A DNA stretch of 21,786 nucleotides from Candidatus Latescibacterota bacterium. Lineage in GTDB: Bacteria > Latescibacterota > UBA2968 > GCA-2709665. The notes beneath the pieces are model-generated. The model was not told the DNA's origin and ran no database searches. It saw nothing but the letters and a program-made list of their open reading frames with translations. The stretch is from NCBI GenBank assembly GCA_963662665.2, contig CAXXJS010000013.1, positions 1 to 21,786 on the forward strand, read 5' to 3'. Shown here piece by piece: positions 1 to 10,249 of the stretch; position 1 is the stretch's first letter, and each line of letters begins with the position of its first letter. The translations under genes were made by a program, and so were the position numbers.

Positions 1-710
1 AGACGCAGAAACAGGCGGCCGAAGCTTCGAAACAAGCCCTGAGCAAATCGGATCGCTTCAACGCCCCCATTGTCACGCCCATCCGCCCCGCGCAGACGTT
101 TTACCCGGCTGAGGAATACCACCAGGATTACTACAGGAAAAAGCCGGCCCACTACAACCGCTACCGGAAGGGCTCGGGCCGCGACCGGTTTATAGAGCGG
201 GTCTGGGGCCGGGACAAACCCGCCACTTCTTCTGCGCCCTCCGGCCAGAACTGGGCCAAACCCCCCGCGGCGGAGTTGCGCCGGAAGCTGACGCCGCTGC
301 AGTGGAACGTCACCCAGGAAGACGGCACCGAGCGGCCGTTCCGCAACGAGTACTGGGACAACAAGAAGCCGGGAATCTACGTGGATATCGTCTCCGGCGA
401 ACCGCTTTTCAGTTCAACGCACAAATACCGGTCGGGTACAGGATGGCCGAGTTTCACCCGGCCGCTGGTCCGGGAACACGTGGTGGAGCACGTTGACAAC
501 AGCCTCTTCATGACCCGCACGGAGGTCCGCAGCAAGATCGGGGACTCCCACCTCGGCCATGTATTTCCGGACGGGCCTCCGCCAACCGGGCTGCGCTATT
601 GCATCAATTCGGCGTCTCTGCGGTTCGTTCCCCTGGATGGACTCAAGGCCGCCGGGTACGGCAAGTACCTCGACCTGTTCAAAGACCTCACCGCGTCTGC
701 CGGGAAATAG
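1..710 (+). CDS. msrAB: Bifunctional peptide methionine sulfoxide reductase MsrA-MsrB (5' truncated by window edge)
   Basis: Frame open from position 3 into the listed 276..710 ORF. The upstream part reads ...[39 protein letters not shown] (MsrA C-terminus), then a linker, then MsrB motifs [36 protein letters not shown]. Confidence 0.95.
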   Translation, partial: TQKQAAEASKQALSKSDRFNAPIVTPIRPAQTFYPAEEYHQDYYRKKPAHYNRYRKGSGRDRFIERVWGRDKPATSSAPSGQNWAKPPAAELRRKLTPLQWNVTQEDGTERPFRNEYWDNKKPGIYVDIVSGEPLFSSTHKYRSGTGWPSFTRPLVREHVVEHVDNSLFMTRTEVRSKIGDSHLGHVFPDGPPPTGLRYCINSASLRFVPLDGLKAAGYGKYLDLFKDLTASAGK

Positions 711-725
711 GGGCGGCGCGCAATC

Positions 726-772
726 AAAAAAACACCATCGCCCGCAATCTGCGGGCGATGGTGTTTGCGTTT
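726..772. terminator. Bidirectional intrinsic terminator between convergent genes
   Basis: Perfect 17-bp inverted repeat AAACACCATCGCCCGCA (730-746) / TGCGGGCGATGGTGTTT (750-766), 3-nt loop, A7 run at the left and TTTGCGTTT at the right; lies just downstream of the msrAB stop. Confidence 0.9.
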
Positions 773-863
773 ACAATCGTGGCTATTGAATTGGCTTCTT
801 GCAGGTCTCCCGCCTGATTTCGCCCATCCCTTCGTTTTAGCGTACTCCCAAACGTGAAATACT

Positions 864-1490
864 CTATCGTGTAACGTCGTCGGTGGATACGACGGTAACG
901 CCGAGGTCCTTCCAGCACGCCACAAGCGCGTCTCCGTGTTCGGGCGAGATGGCCTGCGTTGCGTCCAGAACCAGCTGGATGGGTGCGGTATTTCTTGCGA
1001 GAAAGCCGTTGATGGCGTGGGCATTGCAGACGTCCAGGGCAACCCCGTACAGTACGATGCGCCCGGGTCTGACGACGTCCAGAACGGGATCCACGTTCCG
1101 GTTGGTGAACACGTCGAAGCGCTGTTTGCGGAACATCACCTCGCCGGTGTGGCTCCGGATGCGTTGTGCGAGGGCAACGGGATCCTCCGGGTCGCCGTCG
1201 ATCCACATCGGATTCGCGGGTCGTGTTTCCGGGACCTTTTGCTGGCCGGTTGTGCCCTTGAGGCAGTGCGGCGGAAAGGTTTCATGGAGGTCGGGTGAAT
1301 CTGAAATCTCGGGATCACCGGGGTTGTGGTAGTCTACCGAGCCGAAGACGGGGATATTCCGCTGCCGGGCGCATGCGGTGAGCCGCTCCAGGTTGGGCAG
1401 GATCTTCTCCGCTTCCCGGATGTAGAGTTTGCCGTCCGGCATGATAAAGTCGTACTGGGTATCCACGTCCCAGAAGATGGTTTCGGGCAT
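864..1490 (-). CDS. Isochorismatase-family cysteine hydrolase, nicotinamidase (PncA)-like
   Basis: DVDTQYDF (catalytic Asp), VDYH and FPPHC (metal ligands), FRKQ (Lys), GVALDVC (nucleophile Cys). Start moved to ATG 1490, preceded by GGAGGAG. Confidence 0.85.
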   Translation of the reverse strand: MPETIFWDVDTQYDFIMPDGKLYIREAEKILPNLERLTACARQRNIPVFGSVDYHNPGDPEISDSPDLHETFPPHCLKGTTGQQKVPETRPANPMWIDGDPEDPVALAQRIRSHTGEVMFRKQRFDVFTNRNVDPVLDVVRPGRIVLYGVALDVCNAHAINGFLARNTAPIQLVLDATQAISPEHGDALVACWKDLGVTVVSTDDVTR

Positions 1491-1565
1491 CGGCTCCTCC
1501 CCCGGTTTTTTTAGGAAAAGATACGGCAAAGCGGAATTGGCGACAAGGGCGGCGCCTTCGACAGT

Positions 1566-2297
1566 CTACGGGGTGGTCGTTTCCGGCAAAGCAGCGAGTT
1601 TCCGGATGAAGATGCCTGCGGCAACGGAAACGTTGAGTGAGGCGACCTTACCGGAGGAAGGAATGCTGCAGGTGGCGTCGCACTTGTCCAGTGTGAGACG
1701 CCTTAGCCCGCGTTCCTCGTTGCCCAGAACGAGCAGCCAGGGTCGGTCGGCGGCGAACTGGCCGAGGCCGGTATCGGCGTGTTCGGAAGCGCCCAGGACC
1801 CACAGTTTTGCCCCACGCGCCTGGTCGAGAGCGCGGCTGAGGTTGGGGATGAGGGAATACGGCACGTATTCGACGCCGCCGGAGGCCACGTCATACACGG
1901 CGCCCGTGAGCGGGGCCGAACGGTCGCGCGTCAGCAGCATGCCGCGGACACCGAAAAAGGCGGCCGTCCGGAAGATCGCCCCCACGTTGTGCGGGTCCTG
2001 TACCCGGTCGAGTGCAAGCCAGAGTCCGGTCTCGGAGACGTGAGCAAAGAGGTCCTGGGTAGGGACCGGGCGACGTTCCTTGACAACGGCCTCGGCGAAT
2101 CCCGTCCGGCCGCCCCGGTTTTGTCTCCCTGGCGTACGCTTTTCGCGGGTGATCCTCACGCCGATTTCAGCGGCGGACGCCCTGATCTGTCTCCACGCGC
2201 CGGCAACGGGGTCCGGAAGACGGATTTCGTAGACGTCCTGCGGTCGGGTTTGGAGGGCGGCCAGGATGCTGTGAGGGTTCTTCAGGTGGAGAGGCAT
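1566..2297 (-). CDS. rlmB: TrmH/SpoU-family RNA 2'-O-methyltransferase, RlmB-like (23S rRNA G2251)
   Basis: LDRVQDPHNVGAIFRTA, VLGNEERGL, SLNVSVAAGI SPOUT motifs. Start placed at ATG 2297 to avoid overlap with the upstream ligase. The target nucleotide is inferred. Confidence 0.85.
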   Translation of the reverse strand: MPLHLKNPHSILAALQTRPQDVYEIRLPDPVAGAWRQIRASAAEIGVRITREKRTPGRQNRGGRTGFAEAVVKERRPVPTQDLFAHVSETGLWLALDRVQDPHNVGAIFRTAAFFGVRGMLLTRDRSAPLTGAVYDVASGGVEYVPYSLIPNLSRALDQARGAKLWVLGASEHADTGLGQFAADRPWLLVLGNEERGLRRLTLDKCDATCSIPSSGKVASLNVSVAAGIFIRKLAALPETTTP

Positions 2298-2328
2298 CGC
2301 GGTCTTTCGTGTGCAGGTAATCGGCCGG

Positions 2329-3954
2329 CTATCCGAACAGGCCGTCCGCATATTGGCGGCGAATGACTTTCTTGTCCAGTTTTCCCACACTGGTCTTCGG
2401 GATTTGCTCCACGAAGACGATCTTGTCCGGTACCCAGTATTTCGGATATACGGACGCCAGGTACGCCCGGAGTTCCTCGTCCGTGGCCGGGTTGGCGTTG
2501 GGCGACTGCACGGCGATGGCGAATGGGCGCTCCGCCCATATCTCGTCGGGTATGGCGATGACGGCGGCCTCGGTGACGGTGGGGTGGTCCATAAGCGTGT
2601 TCTCCAATTCGACGCTGGAGATCCATTCGCCGCCGCTCTTGATGAGGTCCCTGGTCCGGTCCGTGATGGTGAGGAAGCCGTCCGGGCTCATCGAGCCGAC
2701 GTCGCCGGTTCGGAACCAGCCGTCACAGGTGAAGTGATCGGGTGAGGGTTCCTGTTTGTAATAGCTTCCGATCACCCATGGACCCCTGACCTGTATTTCG
2801 CCCGTGGCGCCGCTGTCCCACGGCGCTTCGTTGCCCGTATCGTCCACAATCCGCATTTCGACACCCGAAATGGGATAGCCCTGCCGGGCTTTGACGTCCC
2901 ACCTGTCCTCGTCGGAAAGGGTGCGATGATGCCGTTGCAGCCTGGAGACGGTGCCCAGGGGGGAAAGTTCGGTCATCCCCCAGGCGTGTACGACCGGGAC
3001 GTTGAGTTCCGTCTCGTAGGCTTCGATCAGGCCGCGCGGCATGGCGGAACCACCCACGATAAGCGATCGGATGCAGGAGATGTCGCGCGGATTGACTTTC
3101 AGTTCTTCATAGAGCCCGGTCCAGATGGTGGGTACGCCGGCGGGAACGGTCACGCCTTCGTTCTCGATCATTCCGGCCAGAGCGTCGGGTTTGAGATGGG
3201 GCCCCGGCAGGACCAGTTCCGCTCCGGCCATGGCGCAGGCATAGGGCAGACCCCATGCCATGGCGTGGAACTGAGGTACGACCGGCAGGACGACGTCCGA
3301 TTCCACAATGCCCACGGCGTTGGACTGGTTCACGCCGAGGGTGTGCAGAAACATCGACCGGTGCGAGTAGAGCGCGCCCTTTGGCTCGCCTGTCGTGCCG
3401 CTGGTGTAACAGAGTCCCATGGCCGCGGTTTCGTCGGTTACCGGCCACTCGAACCCGTCGCTTCCGCCGGCTATGAGGTCTTCGTAGAAGCAGACGTCGG
3501 ACAGGCGCGTCCGGATACCGGGACTGGCGTTGAACAGGACGATTCGCGGGGATCGGTCAAGTCCGGACGCCACGGCCTCGAACAGGGGCAGCAGGGTCGC
3601 GTCCACAAAGATGGCTTTGTCTTCCGCGTGATTGATAAGATCAGCCAGTTGTTCGGGAGAGAGGCGGATGTTGAGCGTATGACAGACGGCGCCGCTGCAA
3701 GGCACCGCGAAATACAGTTCCAGGTGCTGGTAGTTGTTCCACGCGAAGGTGCCTACGCGGTCGCCGGGGCCAATCCCCAGGCCGCCCAGTGCGCTGGCGA
3801 GCCGCTTTGACCGCCGGTGCAGGTCCGCATAGGTGTAACTGTGCATCGTTCCGTCAGGCAATCCGGTTGTAATGCGTTTGCCCGGGTACAGACGATTGGC
3901 GTGCTCGAGGATACGGTCCATTGTGAGCGGATAGTCCATCATAAGGCCTTGCAC
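2329..3954 (-). CDS. Fatty acid-CoA ligase (AMP-forming, AlkK/DmdB-like medium/long-chain subfamily)
   Basis: [12 protein letters not shown]-terminus, [12 protein letters not shown]-loop, [30 protein letters not shown]; GTG start; 541 aa. Confidence 0.93.
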   Translation of the reverse strand: MQGLMMDYPLTMDRILEHANRLYPGKRITTGLPDGTMHSYTYADLHRRSKRLASALGGLGIGPGDRVGTFAWNNYQHLELYFAVPCSGAVCHTLNIRLSPEQLADLINHAEDKAIFVDATLLPLFEAVASGLDRSPRIVLFNASPGIRTRLSDVCFYEDLIAGGSDGFEWPVTDETAAMGLCYTSGTTGEPKGALYSHRSMFLHTLGVNQSNAVGIVESDVVLPVVPQFHAMAWGLPYACAMAGAELVLPGPHLKPDALAGMIENEGVTVPAGVPTIWTGLYEELKVNPRDISCIRSLIVGGSAMPRGLIEAYETELNVPVVHAWGMTELSPLGTVSRLQRHHRTLSDEDRWDVKARQGYPISGVEMRIVDDTGNEAPWDSGATGEIQVRGPWVIGSYYKQEPSPDHFTCDGWFRTGDVGSMSPDGFLTITDRTRDLIKSGGEWISSVELENTLMDHPTVTEAAVIAIPDEIWAERPFAIAVQSPNANPATDEELRAYLASVYPKYWVPDKIVFVEQIPKTSVGKLDKKVIRRQYADGLFG

Positions 3955-3991
3955 GGATTGCGCTCCCGGGGTGTTGGGGACTGGCGACCGG

Positions 3992-6442
3992 TCACCAGGT
4001 TATGTTTGATGATGGGAGGTACTCTTCAGGAGTGAAGGCGTCCACCCGGACCGCCTGGTCCCGGGCGGCCTCGGCGCGCCGGAACAACTGTGCGTCTTCC
4101 TGTGTGATCAACTTTTTTTCCAGTGCCTGAACAACCAGACGGTCCGGGTCCCTGCCCGAAAGCTGTCCGGATCGGGCGGCCTCCTTGACTTTTCGGGAAA
4201 CGGGTTCGGCCGCGCAGGAGAGTTCAAACGCGGCTTCCAGCCGGCCCAGGGCTTCGCTGGTCGAGTCCGGCAGGTAGATGCCCGCGGTCAGCGCGTCTCT
4301 GTCGGGTCCGGGTGTTTGGACGGCGCGGGCGACCTCGCCGCCAAGTGTGTCGGCAGGCATCCTGCCAATGGGATTGAGGCGCGACCACAGCGCGACCGGA
4401 TAGCGGTAAACCGGACCGAGCACGGGGAGGCGGCGCAGATTCTGGTACAGGCCGCTGAAACCGAGCTGAATCTGCGCGAACGCGTATTGCATGGACCAGT
4501 GCAGGTAGGGCAGGTGGCCGGGCCTGCAGCCTTCCGCTTCGAAGCGGCGCAGGACGGCCGTGCCCATGTACATCCAGGAGAGGATGTCCGCGAAGCGACC
4601 GGCCAGCTTTTCCTCTTTTTTCAGCGCGCCGCCCATCGTCACCATGGCGACGTCGGCCAGGAAAGCGAACGAAGCCGATGCCCAGGCCAGTTTGCGGATG
4701 TACCTTGCCGCGGGGTCGCGTACCGGAGAGGCGGCCAGGTATCCGCGCGAGAGGTTCAGGAGCGCGGCGCGGAAGGCGTTGCGGATGAAGTGGCCCGCAT
4801 GACCCCAGAAAGCGCGGTCAAAGGCCCGCAGGTCGCCCGAACTGAGCGCCTGAATTTCCGCGTAAATGAACGGATGGCACCGGATGGCGCCCTGCCCGAA
4901 CGTGATGAAGGTCCGCGTGAGGATATTGGCGCCTTCCACGGTAATGGCGATGGGCGCCCATAGATACGACCGGGCGAGCAGGTTTCTGGGGCCCTGGGCG
5001 ATGGCATTGCCGGCAAGGATGTCCATGCCGTCCAGAATGGATCGCCGATGAAGTTCCGTGAGATTGAATTTGACGATGGCGGAAACGACGGCCGACTTCG
5101 TGCCCCCGTCCAGACCGCCGCAGGTGAATCGCCTCGCTGCTTCCATCAGGTAGGTAAAGGCGCCGATCCGCGCGAGCGGTTCCTCCACTCCCTGGAATCG
5201 ACCGATGGACAGGCCGAACTGTTTGCGTACGGTGGCATGGGCGCCCGCCACCCTCGCGGTCAGCTTGGCGCCGAACGCCGCTGTTGCAGGCAGCGAGATA
5301 CCGCGTCCCGCGGCCAGGGATTCCATGAGCATGCGCCACCCCCCGCCGGCACCTTCGGGTCCGCCGATGATGGCGTCAGCGGGTACAATGACGTCCCGGC
5401 CTTCGGTGGGGGCGTTGTGAAAGGGTACGCCCATGGGGTCGTGACGCCTGTCCACGGCTACGCCGGGCGTGTCGCGGGGAATGAGGGCGCACGTGATGCC
5501 CGGGTTTTTGCCTTTACCGAGCAGGTTTTCCGGATCTTTCAGCTTGAAGGCCAGGCCGATGAGTGTGGATATCGAAGCAAGCGTGATATATCGCTTGTTC
5601 CAGTTCAGCCGCAGGTACAGCCGTCCATCTTCGCCTTTGAAGACAACCCCGCTGGACCGGATGCTGCCGGCGTCGGAGCCGGCGTTCGGCTCGGTGAGGG
5701 CAAAACAGGGAATTTCCTCGCCCCGCGCCAGCCGCGGCAGGTAGTGTTCCTTCTGGTCCCGGGTGCCGTAGTGAATCAGAAGTTCCGCTGGTCCGAGCGA
5801 ATTGGGCACCATTACGGTCACGGCGAGAGGCATGGAACGGGAGGCCAGCTTGCCGACAATCGCGCTGTGAGCGGAGGCCGAAAATCCGAGCCCGCCGAAT
5901 TCCTCGGGGATAATGATTCCATAGAATCGCTGCTCTCTGAGATAGTCCCAGAGTTCCTTCGGCAGGTCCCTGTTCCGGTGTATCTTCCAGTCATCCGCCA
6001 GGCGGCAGGCGGCATCCACCGGGCCATTGAGGAAGGCCTGTTCCTTTTCTCTGAGTTCCGGATAGGGTTCGCTGTTCAGGCGTTTGAGATCGGGTTTCCC
6101 GGAGAAGAGATCGGCGTCAATCCATACGCTTCCGGCTTCGATGGCGGCCTGTTCCGTCGTAGATATGGTTGGAAGGAGGCGGAGCGCCCTGACTACTCTG
6201 AGGATCCACGAGGAGATCAGTATTCGCCGCAACGGCCGGAGGTTGAAGAGCCCCGCAAGGACCCCGAAACCCAACCACGGTCCGCCGGTTGCGCCGAACG
6301 CCCACAGAACCGCGGCCGAGAGGGCTGTCCACAGCCACAACGGCGCGCCGTTGAATCCCAGAACGCATACAAGGACCAGGATGCCCAGGGCTTCGACGTA
6401 AGAAAAGGACAGGACGCCGCAAGTGGAAGTCAGAACGTCCAT
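3992..6442 (-). CDS. fadE: Acyl-CoA dehydrogenase, long membrane-anchored FadE type with C-terminal DUF1974-like domain
   Basis: About 816 aa; hydrophobic N-terminus; [51 protein letters not shown]. Start at ATG 6442, 5 bp after the thiolase stop. Confidence 0.93.
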   Translation of the reverse strand: MDVLTSTCGVLSFSYVEALGILVLVCVLGFNGAPLWLWTALSAAVLWAFGATGGPWLGFGVLAGLFNLRPLRRILISSWILRVVRALRLLPTISTTEQAAIEAGSVWIDADLFSGKPDLKRLNSEPYPELREKEQAFLNGPVDAACRLADDWKIHRNRDLPKELWDYLREQRFYGIIIPEEFGGLGFSASAHSAIVGKLASRSMPLAVTVMVPNSLGPAELLIHYGTRDQKEHYLPRLARGEEIPCFALTEPNAGSDAGSIRSSGVVFKGEDGRLYLRLNWNKRYITLASISTLIGLAFKLKDPENLLGKGKNPGITCALIPRDTPGVAVDRRHDPMGVPFHNAPTEGRDVIVPADAIIGGPEGAGGGWRMLMESLAAGRGISLPATAAFGAKLTARVAGAHATVRKQFGLSIGRFQGVEEPLARIGAFTYLMEAARRFTCGGLDGGTKSAVVSAIVKFNLTELHRRSILDGMDILAGNAIAQGPRNLLARSYLWAPIAITVEGANILTRTFITFGQGAIRCHPFIYAEIQALSSGDLRAFDRAFWGHAGHFIRNAFRAALLNLSRGYLAASPVRDPAARYIRKLAWASASFAFLADVAMVTMGGALKKEEKLAGRFADILSWMYMGTAVLRRFEAEGCRPGHLPYLHWSMQYAFAQIQLGFSGLYQNLRRLPVLGPVYRYPVALWSRLNPIGRMPADTLGGEVARAVQTPGPDRDALTAGIYLPDSTSEALGRLEAAFELSCAAEPVSRKVKEAARSGQLSGRDPDRLVVQALEKKLITQEDAQLFRRAEAARDQAVRVDAFTPEEYLPSSNITW

Positions 6443-6447
6443 GCATT

Positions 6448-7632
6448 CTACGCTTTTAGATTCTCGAAAATACCTGCCGCGCCCATACCGCTGCCGATAC
6501 ACATGGTACAGATGCCGTAGCGGATGTTGCGGCGGATCATCTCGTGCAGGAGGGTGGCGGTGAGTTTGGCGCCGGTACATCCCAGCGGATGGCCGAGCGC
6601 GATGGCGCCGCCGTTGACGTTGACGATATCCGGATTCAGGTCAAGTCTGCGTATAACGGCGAGGGCCTGGGCCGCGAACGCTTCGTTCAGTTCGATCAGG
6701 CCGATATCTTTGAGGGTAAGGCCCGCCTGGCGCAACGCTTTCGGAACGGCTTCGGCGGGGCCGATGCCCATGATTTCCGGCGCGACGCCGGCCACGGCAT
6801 AGCCCGCAAGCCGTGCAATGGGTTCCGCCTGGAGTTCTCTGGCCGTCCGGCCGCTCATGACCACCGTTGCTGCCGCGCCGTCCGACACCTGGGAGGCATT
6901 CCCCGCCGTGACGGTGCCGCCAACCCGAAAGACCGGCCTGAGCCGGGCGAGGGCGTCGGCGCTCGTGTCGGCGCGAGGCCCTTCGTCGGCCCTGAACGTC
7001 GTTTCGGCGGATGTGGTCCGTCCATTGTCGTACCCCGTGTCCACCACGTGAAGGGGTACGATCTCGTCATTGAATCGGCCTTCGCCAATGGCGTTCAACG
7101 CACGCCGATGAGAGCGCAGTGCGAAGCCGTCCTGTTCCTCTCTGGAAATGTTTTCGCTTTCGGCCAGGTTTTCGGCGGTGTTGCCCATGTCAATGTAGAG
7201 GTCCGGGTCTTCCCCTGTTATGTCGGGGTCGGGCATAAAGTGATTTCCGCCCATGGGCACGAGACTCATGGACTCGGCGCCGCCGGCGACGATGACGTCG
7301 GCCTGGCCCGCAGAAATCGCCTGGTGCGCCATTGCGATGGACTGCAGCCCGGAGGCACAGAAGCGGTTGATGGTTACGCCGGGAACGGTTTCGGGCAGGC
7401 CTGCTTTACGGGCCACAACGCGACCGAGTACCATGCCCTGCTGCGCTTCCGGAAATGCGCAGCCCAGAATCACGTCGTCGATACGTTCGGGAGGTAGGCC
7501 CGCCACCCTGGCGATGGCGCCGTTGACGGCGGCCGCGCCCATTGTTTCAGGACGGACATTGCGCAGGGCCCCTCTCCTGGCTCTGCCGACTGCCGTTCGG
7601 ACGCTGCTGACAATGCATGTTTCGTGGATCAT
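6448..7632 (-). CDS. fadA: Acetyl-CoA C-acyltransferase (3-ketoacyl-CoA thiolase)
   Basis: [10 protein letters not shown] (active Cys), [20 protein letters not shown] motifs; 394 aa; sits inside the beta-oxidation cluster. Confidence 0.95.
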   Translation of the reverse strand: MIHETCIVSSVRTAVGRARRGALRNVRPETMGAAAVNGAIARVAGLPPERIDDVILGCAFPEAQQGMVLGRVVARKAGLPETVPGVTINRFCASGLQSIAMAHQAISAGQADVIVAGGAESMSLVPMGGNHFMPDPDITGEDPDLYIDMGNTAENLAESENISREEQDGFALRSHRRALNAIGEGRFNDEIVPLHVVDTGYDNGRTTSAETTFRADEGPRADTSADALARLRPVFRVGGTVTAGNASQVSDGAAATVVMSGRTARELQAEPIARLAGYAVAGVAPEIMGIGPAEAVPKALRQAGLTLKDIGLIELNEAFAAQALAVIRRLDLNPDIVNVNGGAIALGHPLGCTGAKLTATLLHEMIRRNIRYGICTMCIGSGMGAAGIFENLKA

Positions 7633-7687
7633 GCCGGATTTTTCCTCTTCTCCCCTGCGCCGCCCGGCGTCCCGGGCCGCAAGCGGA

Positions 7688-10042
7688 TCAGTTTCGCAGG
7701 GGTTTGTTGGTTCGCAGGATGCTGTAGATCCTCTCCCGGGTTTTTTCTTCGCCCGTCAGGGCGACAAAAACCTCACGCTCCAGTTCGAGGAGGTAGTCTT
7801 CGTGGACGTTCGCGGGTCCGGTGAGGTTCCCCCCGGTCAGCACGTAGGCGAACCGGTTGGCCAGACAGCGGTCGTATTCGGTGATGAAACCCGATCGGAG
7901 CATATTGTAGGTGGTCACTTCGAAACGGGCCCGGGCCGGTTTACCGAGCACCCTGATGGCATTGCGGACCGGGGGCGGCGCGTATCCCTGGCTGGAGAGG
8001 CGAAGGACTTCCTGTCCGGCGGCGTGGAGCCGGTGGTCCTGGTTCATGACAATTGGCGCGCCGGGCGGCAGAAAACCGAATTCCCTCGCCTCGTGGGCGC
8101 TGTTGGATACCTTCGCCATGGCGACGGTTTCAAAGGCCCTTGTCAGAAAAGGCTGGATGTGGCTGTCTTGTTCGGACGAGGCGCGTTCGTGGGAAAGCGC
8201 CGCCATGCGCATGGTGCCGCACCCGCCCGGGATGAGTCCCACGGCCAGTTCGACGAGACCGATGTATGACTCGGCCGCGGCCACGGGGCTGGCGCAGGCC
8301 AGCGTGAGTTCGCACCCTCCGCCAAGGACGCGGCCGTGAGTGGCAACGACAACGGGTTTGGCGGAATAGTGGACGCGCTGGATCATCTGCTGGAAATTGA
8401 CGAGGAGCCGGTCCATCCTGTCGAAGCGTTTCTGCTGTGCGTGTGCGACCATTTCTCCGAGATTCGCGCCCACGGAGAAGTTCTTGCCCTCGTTGCAGAT
8501 GACCATTCCCCTGTAATCCCCCTTTTCGACGATGTCGACCACGTCGAAAAGGCCGCGTACGAGTTCTTCACCCATGAAATTTGCTTTTGAGCGGTATTCG
8601 AAGAGCGCGATATCTTCTCCCATGTCAAGCAGAGCGGCTTCCTGGTTTTGCCAGCGGATGTGCTGTTTTTCCGGGTGAAAGGCGGGAAAGGAGTGATTGT
8701 CGGCCGCCGTGGAATCCCGCACGTATCCCCGGTCGGGCAGATAAACCCGTGAGCGGTCCCGGAATCCGGAGGCGCCTGCCCGGGACATGGCATCGATCCA
8801 GCCCGGCAGGGGGATGTTTTCTGCCGCCATGTCCTCCAGAACGGTATCGAACCCAATGATATCCCACAATTCAAAGGGCCCTGCCTCCCAACCGAATCCC
8901 CACCGCAGCGCGCGGTCTACGTCGGCGGGATTCATGGTGATTTCGGGAATACGGCGTGCGCTGTATCCCAGCGTTTCCAGGATGTGTTTCCGGAAGAAAG
9001 CGCCTGCCCGGCCTTCGTGCGCGTAGAGGTCGCGGAGGCGCGTGGAGAGTTCCCTACCTTTCCGTATGGGTTCGAGATCCCCCAGTTTCTGTTCCCCGGG
9101 AGGGTCATACGCGCCCGTTTCCGGGTTGAACGAGAGGATCTTCCGCCCCTCCTTCTTGTAAAAGCCCCTGCCGGCCTTGGCGCCGGTGGCCCCGTCCGCA
9201 ACGAGCCGGGTAACCGCTTCGGGAATCCGAAACCGGTCGCTGCTTTCGTCGTTCGGCAGGGCGTCGTGAAGGTACGCCGCGACGTGTACGAGGGTGTCCA
9301 GCCCGACAACGTCGGCCGTTCTGAACGTGGCGGACCTGGGACGTCCCAACAGCGTGCCAGTAAGGGCGTCTACTTCCTCAATGGTGTAGCCGTCCTCCGT
9401 AAAGGCCCGGATACACTGCAACATGGCGTACACGCCGATGCGGTTTCCAATGAAACCCGGGGCGTCGTTCGCAACGACAATGCCTTTGCCCAGCCGTACG
9501 CGGCCAAACCGGGAAATGCGGTCGACAACGGCAGGATCGGTCTCCGGGAGGGGGATGAGTTCGAGGAGCTTGAGGTAGCGCGGCGGGTTGAAGAAGTGCG
9601 TGCCGAGGAAGCGTCGCTTGAAATCCGGAGACCGGTCCTGTGCGATCAGGTGTATGGGTATGCCGCTGGTGTTGGTGGAAATTACGGTGTCGCTGTTCGC
9701 TGCGGCCTCCAGGCGTGCCATGATCTGTTGTTTGACCTCCGGCTTCTCAACAACGGCTTCGATGATCCAGTCCGCTTCAGACGTGCGATGGAAGTCGTCC
9801 TCGATGTTGCCGGGCGTGATGCGGCGGGCGGTCCCTTGCGTAAAAAGAGGAGCGGGGCTGAGGCGCTCGAGTCCCTTGAGCGCCCCTTCGACAATGCCGT
9901 TTCTGTTCTTTCCGTTTCCCGGGAGATCCAGCAGGTGCACGGACAGCCCCGCGTTGGCCAGATGGGCCGCAATTTGCGATCCCATGACACCGGAGCCCAG
10001 AACAACGGCGGTGCGGAACGGAGGATGTGCTGCAGGATGCAT
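7688..10042 (-). CDS. fadN: 3-hydroxyacyl-CoA dehydrogenase / enoyl-CoA hydratase (FadN domain order)
   Basis: N-terminal GSGVMG Rossmann motif, EAVVE, STNTSG, THFFNPPRYL, GFIGNRIG; C-terminal crotonase domain with FSVGANL, GGGCE, GLVE; ends ...NKPLRN; 784 aa. Confidence 0.93.
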   Translation of the reverse strand: MHPAAHPPFRTAVVLGSGVMGSQIAAHLANAGLSVHLLDLPGNGKNRNGIVEGALKGLERLSPAPLFTQGTARRITPGNIEDDFHRTSEADWIIEAVVEKPEVKQQIMARLEAAANSDTVISTNTSGIPIHLIAQDRSPDFKRRFLGTHFFNPPRYLKLLELIPLPETDPAVVDRISRFGRVRLGKGIVVANDAPGFIGNRIGVYAMLQCIRAFTEDGYTIEEVDALTGTLLGRPRSATFRTADVVGLDTLVHVAAYLHDALPNDESSDRFRIPEAVTRLVADGATGAKAGRGFYKKEGRKILSFNPETGAYDPPGEQKLGDLEPIRKGRELSTRLRDLYAHEGRAGAFFRKHILETLGYSARRIPEITMNPADVDRALRWGFGWEAGPFELWDIIGFDTVLEDMAAENIPLPGWIDAMSRAGASGFRDRSRVYLPDRGYVRDSTAADNHSFPAFHPEKQHIRWQNQEAALLDMGEDIALFEYRSKANFMGEELVRGLFDVVDIVEKGDYRGMVICNEGKNFSVGANLGEMVAHAQQKRFDRMDRLLVNFQQMIQRVHYSAKPVVVATHGRVLGGGCELTLACASPVAAAESYIGLVELAVGLIPGGCGTMRMAALSHERASSEQDSHIQPFLTRAFETVAMAKVSNSAHEAREFGFLPPGAPIVMNQDHRLHAAGQEVLRLSSQGYAPPPVRNAIRVLGKPARARFEVTTYNMLRSGFITEYDRCLANRFAYVLTGGNLTGPANVHEDYLLELEREVFVALTGEEKTRERIYSILRTNKPLRN

Positions 10043-10189
10043 TCTTTCAGACCCTTGTGAACGGGTTCAGGGGGAGTGTTTTCGCATCGCGGCGAGTGAC
10101 GCCTCACACGGGCAGGCGTCTTTTCCGAAAGGTAGTGTACAACCGCTCGCCGATCAAGAACGAAACGCACGTTCCCGTCCCTCGCGGGA

Positions 10190-10228
10190 CCTCTCCCCCC
10201 AGCCCCCTCTCCCACGGGAGAGGGGGAG
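10190..10228. repeat. REP-like GC-rich palindrome
   Basis: CCTCTCCCCCCAG followed by perfect inverted repeat CCCCCTCTCCC (10203-10213) / GGGAGAGGGGG (10216-10226); no U-tract on either side; single copy in the window. Confidence 0.65.
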
Positions 10229-10249
10229 AAATCCAGGAAAACCGGCCTC

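Noticed and set aside
5048-6520. 490-aa plus-strand ORF and other long antisense ORFs (2926..3810, 6544..7497, 7253..8269, 8984..10060, 12275..13192, 13538..14590, 16209..17054, 17786..18682)
   Set aside because: They lie opposite well-supported genes and show no recognisable motifs; long shadow ORFs are expected in GC-rich coding DNA.
6443-6580. Extended ORF starts in the track (fadE 6580, rlmB 2390, symporter 17735, PIG-L 18601) suggesting large gene overlaps
   Set aside because: Downstream starts remove the overlaps and match expected family N-termini, several with clear ribosome-binding sites.
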